64,000 nucleotides of DNA, from the NCBI GenBank assembly GCA_022820925.1, contig JAJEEO010000012.1, forward strand, positions 416,594 through 480,593. Direction: 5' to 3'. Position 1 is the first letter of the stretch; each line of letters starts with the position of its first letter. A model generated the notes under the pieces. That model saw only the letters and a list, made by a program, of their open reading frames with translations, was not told the origin of the DNA and made no database searches. Both the position numbers and the translations under genes were made by a program. This DNA comes from Acidimicrobiia bacterium. Its GTDB lineage: Bacteria > Actinomycetota > Acidimicrobiia > Acidimicrobiales > Poriferisodalaceae. Shown piece after piece: positions 1-10,641 of the stretch.

Positions 1-1834
1 GCCCAGCATCGACAGGTCGCGCACGGCACCCCGGTCAGCACTGGTGGCCATCGCCGCGTAGGCCCGCAGTGCGGTGCTGACTTGGCGTGGGCGCGGCTCG
101 GCCGGCTGCCAGCCCGCCGCGTCCTGCTCGGCGCGGCGGCGCTCCAGCTCGTCGTCGTCGACTGCCAGATTGATCGTGCGGTTGGGGATGTCGATCTCGA
201 TGATGTCGCCGCTGCGCACCAGCCCGATCAGCCCGCCCGACGCAGCCTCGGGTGAGACATGCCCGATCGACAGCCCGGACGTGCCGCCCGAGAAGCGCCC
301 GTCGGTGACCAGGGCACACGCCTTGCCGAGACCCTTGGACTTCAGGTACGAGGTGGGGTACAGCATCTCCTGCATGCCAGGGCCGCCCCGCGGGCCCTCA
401 TAGCGCACGACTACGACGTCCCCGGCGACGACATCGCCGTCGAGGATGTGCTCGACCGCCTCGTCCTGGCTCTCGACCACATGGGCCGGGCCAGAGAACA
501 CCCAGATCGACTCGTCGACCCCGGCGGTCTTCACCACGCAGCCGTCGGGCGCGAGGTTGCCGTACAGGATCGCCAGCCCGCCGTCAGCGGAGTACGCGCA
601 GTCGACCGAGCGGATGCAGCCCCGCTCGCGGTCGAGATCCAGTGTGCGGTAGCGCTCGGACTGGCTGAACGCCACCTGCGTCGGGATGCCCGCCGGGCCG
701 GCCCGGAAGAACTCGGCCAGCGATGCATCGTCGTTGGTGGCCACGTCCCAGCGCGAGATGGCATCGAACATGGTCGGCGAATGCACCGTCGGCACCTGGT
801 TGGCGATGAGGCCCGCCCGGTTCAGCTCCGCCATGATCCCCATGACCCCGCCGGCGCGGTGCACGTCTTCCACGTGGAAGAACTCCGACGCCGGCGCCAC
901 CTTGCAGATGTTCGGCACCTTGCGCGACAGCCGATCGATATCGGCCATCGTGAAGTCGAGCTCCGCCTCCTGGGCCGCGGCCAGCAGGTGCAGGATCGTG
1001 TTGGTGGACCCTCCCATGGCGATGTCGAGCGTCATAGCGTTCTCGAACGCCTCGAAGCTGCCGATCGAACGCGGCAGCACCGATGCATCGTCTTCCTGGT
1101 AGTAGCGGCGGCACAGCTCGACCACCAGGCGACCGGCCTCGAGGAACAGCTCACGGCGGTCCGAATGGGTGGCCACCACGGTCCCGTTGCCGGGCAACGA
1201 CAGGCCCAGCGCCTCGGTCAGGCAGTTCATGGAGTTGGCCGTGAACATGCCCGAGCACGAACCGCACGTGGGACAGCCCGACCGCTCCATCTCGGCGACG
1301 TCCTCGTCGCTGACCGAGTCGTCGGCGGCCACCACCATCACGTTGATGAGGTCGACCTTCTGCGTGGCCAGCTTCGTCTTGCCGGCCTCCATCGGGCCGC
1401 CGGAAACGAACACCGTCGGAATGTTCAGCCGCATCGCGGCGTTGAGCATCCCCGGGGTGATCTTGTCGCAGTTGGAGATGCACACCAGCGCATCGGCGCA
1501 GTGGGCATTCACCATGTACTCGACGGCGTCAGCGATGAGGTCGCGCGACGGCAGGCTGTAGAGCATCCCGTCGTGGCCCATGGCGATGCCGTCGTCGACG
1601 GCGATGGTGTTGAACTCCTTCGCCACGCCCCCGGCGGCCTCGATCTCACGGGCGACGAGCTGGCCCAAGTCCTTCAGATGGACATGGCCGGGCACGAACT
1701 GGGTGAACGAATTGGAGATGGCGATGATCGGCTTGCCGAAGTCCTCGTCGGTCATGCCGGTGGCACGCCACAAGGCTCGAGCCCCGGCCTGATTTCGGCC
1801 TGCTGTGGAGGTGACAGATCGGTAGCTCGGCATA
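1..1834 (-). CDS. ilvD: dihydroxy-acid dehydratase; C-terminal end runs off the left edge of the window
   Basis: Absent from the ORF track because there is no stop inside the window. Reverse complement of 1801-1834 reads [12 protein letters not shown], the canonical IlvD N-terminus. Reverse translation of 1-450 gives ...[58 protein letters not shown]..., the conserved IlvD/Edd C-terminal block. The + strand ORF 259..1869 is its antisense shadow. Confidence 0.93.
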
Positions 1835-1898
1835 CGTTCAGCCTACGCGGCACGCCCGGATTCCCATAGCCCTACTGGGCAGTAGCCTGCGGCACCCG

Positions 1899-3146
1899 AT
1901 GGCCCCACAGGACGATGCTGCGGACGACGACGCGCCGAAGGACACGATCCTCATCCGGGTGACAGGTCCCGACGGCCCGGGCATCACCACCGATCTGCTG
2001 GCCTTGCTCTCGAATGCTGGCGCCGATGTGCAGGACATGGAACAGGTCGTCGTCCGCCGCCAGCTCACGCTCGGGCTCGCGATCACGGTGCCCGCAGGCC
2101 GAGACCTAGTCAAGGAGGTGCTGCTGTTCGGCTACGAGCGGGGCCTGGAGATGAACTTCGAGGTCGTCGACGCCACGCCGACCCGGCATGCGGAGCGCCT
2201 CGTGGTCACCGCCCTGGCGCCCGAGCTCAAGCCCGCCGACCTGTCGGTCGTGACCGGGGCCATCGCCACCAGCGGCGGGAACATCGACCGCATTCACCGG
2301 CTCTCCCGCTTCCCGGTCTGGAGCTACGAGTTCCTGGTCGAGGGTGCCGAGGGCGACAAGCTCCGCACCGATCTGATCGAGGTGGCCGCTGAGCGCCGGA
2401 TCGACATCGCCGTGCAGCCGCACGGTCTGTCACGGCGTTCGACCCGCATGATCGTGATGGACGTGGACTCGACTCTGATCCGCGACGAGGTGATCGACCT
2501 GCTGGCCGCCGAGGCCGGGCACGAGGCCCGTTCGGCGGAGCTGACCGCCGCGGCGATGGCCGGCGAGATCGACTTCGAGACATCGCTGCGCAAGCGGGTG
2601 AGGCTGCTGACCGGCCAGCCGGTCTCGATCATCGACACGGCCATCGTGCACATGAATCTCACGCGGGGCGCCCGCACGTTTGCCCGCACCCTGAAGCGTC
2701 TGGGCTACAAGGTGGCGATCATCTCCGGCGGCTTCACGCACTTCACCGATCACCTGGCGACGCGGTTCAAGTTCGACCACGCCTACGCCAACGAGCTCGA
2801 GATCCGCGACGGCCGGCTGACCGGTGAGGTGGTCGGCGAAGTCATCGACGCTGAGGCCAAGGCGCGGCTGCTGCGCCAGCTCGCGTACATCGAGGGCGTG
2901 CCGCTGGAGCAGATCGTGGCGGTTGGCGACGGGGCCAACGACCTGCCCATGCTGACAGCGGCTGGGCTCGGGATCGCCTTCAACGCCAAGCCGGTGGTTG
3001 CCGATGCGGCGGACACCACGGTGAACGTGCCGTACCTGGACGCGATCCTGTTCATGCTGGGCGTCACACGGGAGGAAGTCGAAGCCGCCGACGCCTCGAC
3101 GACGCCGCTGCATGCCGAGCGGCCGCTCTCGTCGCTGCTGCCGTAG
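1899..3146 (+). CDS. serB: phosphoserine phosphatase with N-terminal ACT-like regulatory region
   Basis: 415-aa ORF. HAD motifs are present: MIVMDVDSTLI (DxDxT) and VAVGDGANDLPML. The N-terminus ILIRVTGPDGPGITTDLLALLS is ACT-like, as in actinobacterial SerB2. Confidence 0.9.
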   Translation: MAPQDDAADDDAPKDTILIRVTGPDGPGITTDLLALLSNAGADVQDMEQVVVRRQLTLGLAITVPAGRDLVKEVLLFGYERGLEMNFEVVDATPTRHAERLVVTALAPELKPADLSVVTGAIATSGGNIDRIHRLSRFPVWSYEFLVEGAEGDKLRTDLIEVAAERRIDIAVQPHGLSRRSTRMIVMDVDSTLIRDEVIDLLAAEAGHEARSAELTAAAMAGEIDFETSLRKRVRLLTGQPVSIIDTAIVHMNLTRGARTFARTLKRLGYKVAIISGGFTHFTDHLATRFKFDHAYANELEIRDGRLTGEVVGEVIDAEAKARLLRQLAYIEGVPLEQIVAVGDGANDLPMLTAAGLGIAFNAKPVVADAADTTVNVPYLDAILFMLGVTREEVEAADASTTPLHAERPLSSLLP

Positions 3147-3200
3147 CCGTCATGGCTGCATGACCAGACGTGGGCGTCTCGCGCAGGTAACTTCGGCCTC

Positions 3201-3560
3201 ATGGCCGAGGTGACGATCTACCACAACCCGCATTGAAACTCTTCCCGGAACGCCTTGGCGGTCGCCGAGGAAGCTGGAGTCGAGGCCGATGTCGTTCTGT
3301 ATATGAAGACGCCGCCCGACCGGGAGACACTCGAGCACTTGGTGTCGATACTCGAGGACCCCGTCGAAGACCTAGTGCGCAAGGACTCGCAGTTCAAGAA
3401 GCTGAGCCTGAACGCCGACGACTACGTCGACAACCCCGGCGCAGTGGTGGAGCTGCTGAGCCAGCGCAAGGCGCTCATGCAGCGCCCGGTGGTCGTACGC
3501 GGCAACCGCGCCATCGTCGGACGTCCGAAGGGTCGCATCGCCGAGCTCCTGGCCGACTGA
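3201..3560 (+). CDS. ArsC/Spx-family thiol reductase with in-frame UGA at the catalytic Cys position (candidate selenoprotein; alternatively a nonsense pseudogene)
   Basis: ATG at 3201 reads MAEVTIYHNPH, then TGA (3234-3236), then NSSRNALAVAEEAGVEADVVLYMKTPPDRETL..., in the same frame as track ORF 3255..3560. It aligns with E. coli ArsC MSNITIYHNPACGTSRNTLEMIRNSGTEPTIILYLENPPSRDEL, so the TGA falls on Cys12. A stem-loop starts 5 nt after the TGA. Confidence 0.7.
3241..3273 (+). promoter_or_regulatory. SECIS-like stem-loop downstream of the ArsC-family UGA
   Basis: CTTCC (3241-3245) pairs with GGAAG (3269-3273). CGG (3246-3248) pairs with CCG (3265-3267), leaving A3268 bulged. The apical stem is CGC/GCG around loop CUUG (3251-3260). 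Paired by hand, not energy-evaluated. Confidence 0.4.
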
Positions 3561-3577
3561 CTGACACGCACCGGTTG

Positions 3578-4717
3578 ATGACTGACGCCACCGGCGGCGT
3601 ACGCACCCCGCTGTTCGACCTGCACACCGAACTCGGCGGCCGGATGGTCAACTTCGGCGGCCACGCGCTTCCCATGCGCTACGGCGACGGCACCGTGGCC
3701 GAGCACCGCGCCACCCGCACGGCGGCAGGGCTGTTCGACGTCAGCCACATGGGCATTGTCGAGTTGCATCCCTCGGGCGCTGACGAGGTCGGCGATGTGG
3801 CAGCCTGGCTGGAAGGTTGCGTGCCGGGCGCCGTGACCAGCCTCGTGCCGGGACGGATGCGCTACACGCTGTTCACCACGGCGGCAGGCGGCGTGCTCGA
3901 CGACCTGATCGTGTCCTGTCATTCCGATCGGCTGCGCATTGTGGTCAATGCGGTGCGCACCGAGGCCGACCTGTCGATGCTGCGGGCAGTCAACGGCGGC
4001 GACGACGGCGACGTGCGCATCGAGGCGCGCACCGATCTGGCGCTGGTGGCGCTGCAGGGTCCAGCGGCGGCCGGCGTGCTGGCTCGCTGGGTGCCAGAAG
4101 CCGCGGAGCTGGCGTTCATGACAACCGCCACGCTGTCGATCGACGGCGTGGAGTGCGAGATTTCCCGCTGCGGGTACACGGGCGAGGACGGGTTCGAAGT
4201 TGCCATTCCGGCGAGCGCGGCGACCCACGTAGCACGGCTGCTGCTGAGCGCTGACGAGGTTTCCCCCGCAGGGCTCGGCGCCCGCGACACGCTGCGCCTC
4301 GAAGCGGGCCTGCCGCTGGTGGGCCACGAGCTCACCGAGGCGACGACGCCAGCCGAGGCCGGCCTGGGCTGGTCGATCCCGAAGCGGCGGCGGGCCGAGG
4401 GCGGATTCCCCGGTGCGGACATCATCACGGCACAGCTTGCTGGCGGGCCGCCGCGCCAGCGGGTGGGCATCGCAGCCGAGGGCCGCCGGCCGATTCGCGA
4501 CGGCGCCGCGCTGCACACCTCAGACGGCACCGGCATCGGCATGGTGACGAGCGGCGGCTACGGACCGACCACCGAAGCGCCGATCGCCATGGCCTATGTG
4601 GCGACCGAGCATTCGGCTGACGGCACGGAGCTGTTTGCCGAAGGTCGCAAGGGCGCAGAGCCGTGCCGGGTGGCCCCGCTGCCATTTGTGGAGCACCGCT
4701 ACTGGCGGCCGTCGTGA
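3578..4717 (+). CDS. gcvT: glycine cleavage system aminomethyltransferase (T protein)
   Basis: The in-frame ATG at 3578 gives MTDATGGVRTPLFDLHTELGGRMVNFGGHALPMRYGDGTVAEHRATRTAAGLFDVSHMG..., typical GcvT. The upstream extension in track ORF 3233..4717 overlaps the ArsC-family gene and is Arg-rich junk. Confidence 0.93.
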   Translation: MTDATGGVRTPLFDLHTELGGRMVNFGGHALPMRYGDGTVAEHRATRTAAGLFDVSHMGIVELHPSGADEVGDVAAWLEGCVPGAVTSLVPGRMRYTLFTTAAGGVLDDLIVSCHSDRLRIVVNAVRTEADLSMLRAVNGGDDGDVRIEARTDLALVALQGPAAAGVLARWVPEAAELAFMTTATLSIDGVECEISRCGYTGEDGFEVAIPASAATHVARLLLSADEVSPAGLGARDTLRLEAGLPLVGHELTEATTPAEAGLGWSIPKRRRAEGGFPGADIITAQLAGGPPRQRVGIAAEGRRPIRDGAALHTSDGTGIGMVTSGGYGPTTEAPIAMAYVATEHSADGTELFAEGRKGAEPCRVAPLPFVEHRYWRPS

Positions 4718-4787
4718 TGGACAACCCGAGCGATGGCACCGACGATGAACGAGACCGCACGAGGCCCCTTGCACGGAGGCATGGCGC

Positions 4788-7697
4788 ATGAGTGAACCCC
4801 CGGTACCCACGAGCCCAGAAGGGGCGTTCGCCGCACGCCACATCGGCCTGGGGCCTGACGACGTTGCTGTCATGCTCAAGCGGCTCGGGTTCGGCTCGCT
4901 CACTGAACTCGTCGATGCCGCCGTGCCTGCCGAGATCCGGATCGACGAGCCGATCGTGCTCGCAGGCATCGACCGGCCCCTCACCGAGACGGAAGCCACC
5001 GCGGCGATGCGCTGGCTGGCCAATGCCAACACGGCTGTGCACTCGTTGATCGGGCTGGGCTACTACGGCACGCTCACACCGGCCGTCATCCGGCGCGGCG
5101 TGCTGGAGGACCCGTCGTGGTACACGGCCTACACGCCGTACCAGCCCGAGATCTCCCAGGGGAGGCTCGAGGCGCTGCTCAACTACCAGACGATGGTGTG
5201 CGACCTGGTGGGCATGGAGATCGCCAACTCGTCGCTGCTGTGCGAGGGCACCGCTGCCGCCGAGGCGATGGCCATGGCCCGTCGCATCACACGCAGCGGG
5301 CCGGACTGCTTCTTCGTGGACGCCGACTGCCATCCCCAAGTCATCGACGTGGTGCAAACCCGTGCCCAGCCGATCGGCATCGACATCGTGGTGGGCGACC
5401 CGGCAACCGATCTGGCGCCGGCCGAGGTGTATGGCGCGTTGCTGGCCTATCCCGGCAGCAGCGGCGCTGTCCGCAGCCTTCAGCCGGCGATCGAAGCTCT
5501 GCACGACGCGGGAGCGATCGCAGCTGTCACCGCCGACCTGCTGGCGTGCTGCGTGCTGCAGCCGCCCGGCGAGCAGGGCGCCGACATCGTGGTGGGCAGC
5601 TCGCAGCGCTTCGGCGTGCCGCTCGGATTCGGCGGTCCGCATGCGGCATTCCTGGCGACCAGCGAGAAGCACCGGCGCTCGATGCCGGGACGGCTCGTGG
5701 GCGTCTCGGTGGATGCAGCCGGCAGGACCGCGTACCGGCTCGCGCTGCAGACCCGTGAGCAGCACATTCGGCGCGAGAAGGCCACCAGCAACATCTGCAC
5801 TGCGCAGGTGCTGCTGGCGGTGGTGGCCTCGATGTATGCGGTGTGGCACGGCCCCGACGGGCTGGCCGAGATCGCCGGGCGGGTGCACCGGCTGACCGCG
5901 GCGCTCGCCGCCGGCCTGCACAACCTGGGTCTGCGCGTGCGCAACGAGTCGTTCTTCGACACGCTGACGGTGGACGTGCCCGGCGCCGCCGATGGGGTGC
6001 TGGCCGCGGCGCTCGCGGCTGGTTTCAACCTGCACCGCATCGACGCCGACACGGTCGGCGTCTCGCTGGACGAGACCTGCGACGAATCGACGGTCGCGCA
6101 TCTGCTCGATGCGTTCGGGACCCTCGGGGACAGCGAGGCTCATGACAGCGTGTCGGTCGGAGCGCTGGCAGCCTCGGCGCCGTCGGGCATCGCCGACGAA
6201 CTGCTGCGCACCAGCGGGTACCTGACGCATCCCACGTTTCATGCACACCGCTCCGAGACCGAGATGATGCGCTACCTGCGCCGTCTGGCCTCGTACGACG
6301 TGGCGCTGGACCGGTCGATGATCCCGCTGGGCAGCTGCACGATGAAGCTCAATGCCGCAGCCGAGATGACCCCGGTGACCTGGCCGCAGTTCGCCGACAT
6401 CCACCCGTTCGCGCCCCCCGAGCAGTGGGAGGGCTACCGGCAGATCATCGCCGACCTCGAACGGTGGCTCGCGGCCGTCACCGGCTACGACGCCGTGTCA
6501 TTGCAGCCCAACGCCGGCTCCCAGGGCGAGCTGGCCGGGCTGCTCGCCATCCGCCGCTACCACGACGACCGCGGCGACGCCCACCGCACGGTGTGCCTCA
6601 TCCCCTCCTCCGCGCACGGCACCAACGCCGCGTCGGCCGTGATGGCCGGCATGCGGGTGGTGGTGGTGGGCTGCACCGACGACGGCGACGTCGACCTCGA
6701 CGACCTCGACGCCAAGATCGCCGAGCACGGCAATCAGCTCGCCGCATTCATGGCCACCTACCCCTCGACACATGGTGTCTATGAGGATGGCATCCGGCAG
6801 GTCTGTCTCAAGGTGCACGAAGCGGGCGGGCAGGTCTATGTGGACGGCGCCAACCTCAACGCTCTCGTCGGGCTCGCCGCGCCCGGCACGTTCGGCGCCG
6901 ACGTCAGCCATCTCAACCTGCACAAGACGTTCTGCATTCCCCACGGCGGCGGCGGGCCGGGCATCGGGCCGGTGGCGTGCCGCCTGCACCTGGCCAAGTA
7001 CCTGCCCAACCACCCGCTGGCACCCACTGCCGGCCCCGAGACCGGCCCGGGCGCGATCTCGTCAGCGCCGTGGGGCTCCGCGGGCATCCTGCCGATCCCA
7101 TGGATGTACATCGCCATGATGGGCACAGACGGCCTCACCCAGGCCACCCAGACGGCGATCCTGTCCGCCAACTACCTGGCCTCCCGGCTCGGCGAGCACT
7201 TCCCGATCCTGTACCAGGGCCGCTACGGGCTGGTCGCGCATGAATGCATCGTGGACCTGCGGCCGTACTCGGAGTGGGCCAGCGTGGACGACGTGGCCAA
7301 GCGGCTCATCGACTTCGGCTTCCACGCCCCGACGATGTCGTTCCCGGTGGCGGGGACGCTGATGATCGAGCCCACCGAGAGCGAGTCGCTGTCGGAGATC
7401 GACCGGTTCTGCGATGCGATGGCGACGATCCGATCCGAGATCGACAAAGTTGCGGAAGGCGACTGGCCGGCCGACGACAACCCGCTCGCCAACGCTCCCC
7501 ACACGGCCATCGACGTGCTGGCCGACAAGTGGGAGCACCCCTACCCGCGCACCGAGGCCGCCTACCCGGCAGGCACGGGCGTGGCGACGCAGGTGGCAGA
7601 CAAGTACTGGCCGCCGGTCAGCCGCATCGACGGTGCCTACGGCGACCGCAACCTCATGTGCGCCTGCCCCGACCCCCGCGCCTTCGAGACTGACTAA
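4788..7697 (+). CDS. gcvP: glycine dehydrogenase (decarboxylating), single-chain P protein
   Basis: 969-aa ORF with GGAGG 8 nt upstream of the ATG. Contains [23 protein letters not shown] and the PLP-region block [16 protein letters not shown]. Confidence 0.97.
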   Translation: MSEPPVPTSPEGAFAARHIGLGPDDVAVMLKRLGFGSLTELVDAAVPAEIRIDEPIVLAGIDRPLTETEATAAMRWLANANTAVHSLIGLGYYGTLTPAVIRRGVLEDPSWYTAYTPYQPEISQGRLEALLNYQTMVCDLVGMEIANSSLLCEGTAAAEAMAMARRITRSGPDCFFVDADCHPQVIDVVQTRAQPIGIDIVVGDPATDLAPAEVYGALLAYPGSSGAVRSLQPAIEALHDAGAIAAVTADLLACCVLQPPGEQGADIVVGSSQRFGVPLGFGGPHAAFLATSEKHRRSMPGRLVGVSVDAAGRTAYRLALQTREQHIRREKATSNICTAQVLLAVVASMYAVWHGPDGLAEIAGRVHRLTAALAAGLHNLGLRVRNESFFDTLTVDVPGAADGVLAAALAAGFNLHRIDADTVGVSLDETCDESTVAHLLDAFGTLGDSEAHDSVSVGALAASAPSGIADELLRTSGYLTHPTFHAHRSETEMMRYLRRLASYDVALDRSMIPLGSCTMKLNAAAEMTPVTWPQFADIHPFAPPEQWEGYRQIIADLERWLAAVTGYDAVSLQPNAGSQGELAGLLAIRRYHDDRGDAHRTVCLIPSSAHGTNAASAVMAGMRVVVVGCTDDGDVDLDDLDAKIAEHGNQLAAFMATYPSTHGVYEDGIRQVCLKVHEAGGQVYVDGANLNALVGLAAPGTFGADVSHLNLHKTFCIPHGGGGPGIGPVACRLHLAKYLPNHPLAPTAGPETGPGAISSAPWGSAGILPIPWMYIAMMGTDGLTQATQTAILSANYLASRLGEHFPILYQGRYGLVAHECIVDLRPYSEWASVDDVAKRLIDFGFHAPTMSFPVAGTLMIEPTESESLSEIDRFCDAMATIRSEIDKVAEGDWPADDNPLANAPHTAIDVLADKWEHPYPRTEAAYPAGTGVATQVADKYWPPVSRIDGAYGDRNLMCACPDPRAFETD

Positions 7698-7725
7698 CAC
7701 GCTCGTGCGCGCCTAGCGTCGGGGC

Positions 7726-8442
7726 ATGGCGCGGGTCAACCCATCGGTGCTCGAGATGCCGGACGATGATGCGGCCGGCACGATGCCGTACTTCTCCCAT
7801 ATCGATATGTGGCTGCGCGCCGAAGTAGACGGGCTGAGCGATGAGCAGCTCGATCTCGACGACCAGTCCCCCGACCGGGAGCTGATGTGGTGGTCGATCC
7901 GGCGGCAGATCAGCCACATCGCCTGGGTGTCGCTGATCTTCGCGAAGCGGCGCTGCGGGACGCTGCTGTGGCCCGACGGCGACATCCCCGAGCCCATCGT
8001 ATGGTCCGAGCATCACCAGGGACCCAACAACAAGCACGATCTGCGGCTGGATCCTGAGCTGTTCTGGGACGTGCCCGATCTGCTCGACAAGCTGGACCTG
8101 GGCCTGAGTTGGATGCGCTACGTGGTCGCGTCCCATCCGGTGGAGACCTTCCGCGAGATGGTGGAGTCACGTCACAGCACGCTCTTCTGGGACGACGCCA
8201 TCACGGTGCTGCCCCGGGGTGCTTGGCATGATCCCGACGACGAGCGGATGATCGTGAACACGCTCGAATGCGCGATCTGGATGCTGTTCTACGAGATGGC
8301 CTCGCACATCCGCTCCATTCAGCGGATCAAGGAGATCCAGGGGCTGGCTTCAGCGGTCGAGCTGACGCGCTTCGGCTACCTGCGCCTCCCCCACTACTGG
8401 GGCGAGACCGACGCCCCCGCGCCCAGCATCACCAAGCTGTGA
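7726..8442 (+). CDS. hypothetical protein (possibly a DinB-like helical bundle; not verified)
   Basis: 238-aa ORF with non-shadow composition (W/E/D/I-rich). Its stop overlaps the next gene's start (GTGA). I recognise no catalytic motif. Confidence 0.6.
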   Translation: MARVNPSVLEMPDDDAAGTMPYFSHIDMWLRAEVDGLSDEQLDLDDQSPDRELMWWSIRRQISHIAWVSLIFAKRRCGTLLWPDGDIPEPIVWSEHHQGPNNKHDLRLDPELFWDVPDLLDKLDLGLSWMRYVVASHPVETFREMVESRHSTLFWDDAITVLPRGAWHDPDDERMIVNTLECAIWMLFYEMASHIRSIQRIKEIQGLASAVELTRFGYLRLPHYWGETDAPAPSITKL

Positions 8443-9362
8443 GCCCGAGGATCATTCTCGACTGCGATCCGGGCCACGACGATGCGGTGGCGATCCTGCT
8501 GGCGGCCCGCCACTGCGAGGTACTGGCGATCACAACGGTGTCGGGCAACGCGCCGCTGGAGATGACCACGGCGAACGCGTTGCTGATGTGCCAGCTCGCC
8601 GGGCTGGACATCCCGGTGCACGCGGGCGCGGACCGGCCGCTGCTGGTGCCTGCGGCCCATGCGCCGCGTGCCCACGGGGCGACCGGCCTCGACGGTCCGC
8701 CACGGCCCGACGTGCACCTGGCGGCAGCAAGCAACGACGCGGTCGGCGTCATCATCGAGACGGTGCGAGCTCACGACGACGTGTGGCTCGTGCCAGTCGG
8801 GCCGCTCACGAACATTGCGCTGGCCATCCGCCAGGCGCCGGACATCGTCGGGCGGGTGGCCGGTATCTCGCTCATGGGCGGCGCTGTCGGGCCGGGCAAT
8901 GTCACCCCGACGGCCGAGTTCAACATCTGGGCCGATCCCCATGCCGCCCAGATCGTGTTCGGCGCCGGCGTGCCGCTGGTGCGCATGGCCGGGCTCAACC
9001 TCACCCACCAGCTCTGCGTGGGGCCGGACGAATCCGCCGCCTTGCGGGCGCAAGGCGGCATGGTGCCCGAGTTCGTCGCGAGCCTGTTCGACTTCTATCT
9101 CGCCGGCTACCGCGAGCGTGCCGGGTTGGACGCCGCACCCATGCACGACCCCTGTGCAGTGCTCGCCGTGACCCACCCGGAGCTGTTCGCCTTCGGCACC
9201 CGCCATGTGGACGTGGAAACGAGCGGCGAGCTCACCCGCGGCATGACCGTCGCCGACGAACGGCCCGGCACCGACGCAGTGCCCAACTGCGAGGTCGCTT
9301 ACAGCATCGACGCCGCAGCCGCGCTCGAACTCATCGTCGACGCCGTCTGCAGCTACGAGTGA
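8439..9362 (+). CDS. nucleoside hydrolase (IUNH family)
   Basis: The GTG at 8439 overlaps the upstream stop (GTGA). The N-terminus VSPRIILDCDPGHDDAVAILLA carries the DxDxxxDD nucleoside-hydrolase signature. The upstream part of track ORF 8268..9362 overlaps the previous gene. Confidence 0.88.
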   Translation: MSPRIILDCDPGHDDAVAILLAARHCEVLAITTVSGNAPLEMTTANALLMCQLAGLDIPVHAGADRPLLVPAAHAPRAHGATGLDGPPRPDVHLAAASNDAVGVIIETVRAHDDVWLVPVGPLTNIALAIRQAPDIVGRVAGISLMGGAVGPGNVTPTAEFNIWADPHAAQIVFGAGVPLVRMAGLNLTHQLCVGPDESAALRAQGGMVPEFVASLFDFYLAGYRERAGLDAAPMHDPCAVLAVTHPELFAFGTRHVDVETSGELTRGMTVADERPGTDAVPNCEVAYSIDAAAALELIVDAVCSYE

Positions 9363-9499
9363 GACCGCCCGGTTGCCGAAGCCGCCACCAGTCGCCCACG
9401 AGTACGCAGGCGGAAGGCACGTCTCCTGCCGCGGTGAAGCAGCACCTCCCCCGCCGAGCGGCTCAGGCTCAGGGCGGTCACGTCGGTACCGTTGCCGCT

Positions 9500-10633
9500 G
9501 TGCCGACCCACAGCACTGCGAACAGCCCGGCATTCCGGCTGAGCCAGTACAGCCATGGTGCGGGCTGAGCGTGCAAGCTCGGGCCCTCCGAGCTGGCGCA
9601 GGTTCTGCGCCATCTGACTCCGCCGTCGCACCCGGACCTGCTGGTCGGCACTGACACCAGCGACGATGCCGCCGTGTGGCGGCTCGACGGCGACCGGCTG
9701 CTGGTGACATCGACTGATTTCTTCGCGCCGATTGTCGACGATGCGCGCACGTGGGGGCGCATTGCGGCCGCCAACGCCGCCAGCGACATCTACGCCATGG
9801 GCGCGAACCCACTGTTCGCTCTCAACCTGGCGGCCTGGCCCCGTGATGTGCTCCCGCTGGACCTGCTGGGCGAGGTGCTCGCCGGCGGTGCTGATGCCAC
9901 TGCTGACGGCGGCTGGGTGGTGGCCGGCGGTCACACCATCGACGCGCCCGAGCCGCTCTACGGCATGTCGGTCACCGGCACCATCGAGGCTGCCGGCGGC
10001 CAAACTGGCCTGCTGACCAACGCCGGCGGACAACCCGGCCAGGCACTCGTGCTCACCAAGCCGCTCGGCACCGGCCTGCTCGCGACCGCGCTGAAGCGTT
10101 CCGGCCCTGAAGCCACCGAGCTGGGCGGCGATCTGCACGCGGCGTATGCGGCCGGCGTAGCCGAGATGTGCAGGCTCAACGATGCGGCAGCCGCCGCTGC
10201 CATCAGCGCACGAGCGACTGCGGCCACCGATGTCACCGGATTCGGCCTGCTCGGACACCTGGCAGAGCTCGCTGCAGCCAGCGAGGTGAGTGCCGTGGTC
10301 GATGCCAGGGCAGTACCGCTATTGCCCGATGTCACCGGGCTTGCGACCGGCGGCTTCGTTCCGGGAGGCACTGGCCGCAACCTGGATCACCTCACTGAGC
10401 GTCTCGACGGCGGCGACGAGCTCACCCGCACCGTGCTTGGAGATCCGCAGACCTCGGGCGGCCTGCTGTTCGCCTGCGATCCCGCACGCGCCGGCGACGC
10501 TGTGCGCGAGCTGCGCGACAGCGGCCATGACGCCGCGGTGATCGGCGAACTCGCCGACGGCAGAAGCGGCACGGCGGGATCTATCACGATCGCGGGCGCC
10601 GTCACCGGAGACACCGCAACAGACGCAGGCTGA
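9500..10633 (+). CDS. selD: selenide, water dikinase (selenophosphate synthetase) with in-frame UGA (Sec) in the glycine-rich N-terminal loop
   Basis: Track ORF 8588..9568 ends ...AFRLSQYSHGAG at TGA 9566-9568. The same frame continues ACKLGPSELAQVLRHLTPPSHPDLLVGTDTSDDAAVWRLDG... into track ORF 9674..10633 (STDFFAPIVDD...). E. coli SelD reads [25 protein letters not shown], so the TGA aligns to Cys17; H. influenzae SelD has Sec at this position. The start is uncertain: GTG 9500 is preferred, and in-frame GTG 9434 is also possible. Confidence 0.85.
9576..9594 (+). promoter_or_regulatory. SECIS-like hairpin downstream of the selD UGA
   Basis: AGCTCGG (9576-9582) and CCGAGCT (9588-9594) are perfect reverse complements around loop GCCCT. 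The hairpin starts 7 nt after the TGA. Confidence 0.4.
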
Positions 10634-10641
10634 GGTTCGCC

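Noticed and set aside
259-1869. 536-aa + strand ORF
   Set aside because: It is antisense to ilvD. It has an Arg/Ala/Gly/His/Val-rich composition with no motif, which is the typical shadow ORF of GC-rich DNA. The minus strand encodes an unmistakable IlvD.
1873-1886. Hairpin CTACT-GGGC-AGTAG in the ilvD/serB divergent spacer, superficially like the DUF427 SECIS-like hairpin
   Set aside because: It has only a 5-bp stem and is not downstream of any UGA in a coding frame. The resemblance is most likely chance.
3147-3200. Glycine riboswitch upstream of the gcvT/gcvP genes (also checked 4718-4787)
   Set aside because: The spacers are only 54 and 70 nt and lack the tandem aptamer core sequences. 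3147-3200 holds only two small hairpins (GTCATG-GCTG-CATGAC and AGACG-TGGG-CGTCT), which look more like a serB 3' structure.
3233-3577. N-terminal extension of the gcvT ORF (494-aa version)
   Set aside because: It overlaps the ArsC-family frame and is Arg/Pro/Gly-rich. GcvT homology begins at the ATG at 3578.
4425-6404. 659-aa - strand ORF
   Set aside because: Antisense shadow of gcvP. The same reasoning rejects 8394..9812(-), 16654..18048(-), 25237..26823(+), 31219..32622(+), 34375..35907(-), 46550..48295(+) and 62754..63986(-).
9363-9499. Possible tRNA-Sec (selC) in the 137-nt spacer upstream of selD
   Set aside because: No CUUCAAA-type anticodon loop, no long extra arm, and no acceptor-stem pairing that I could build on either strand.
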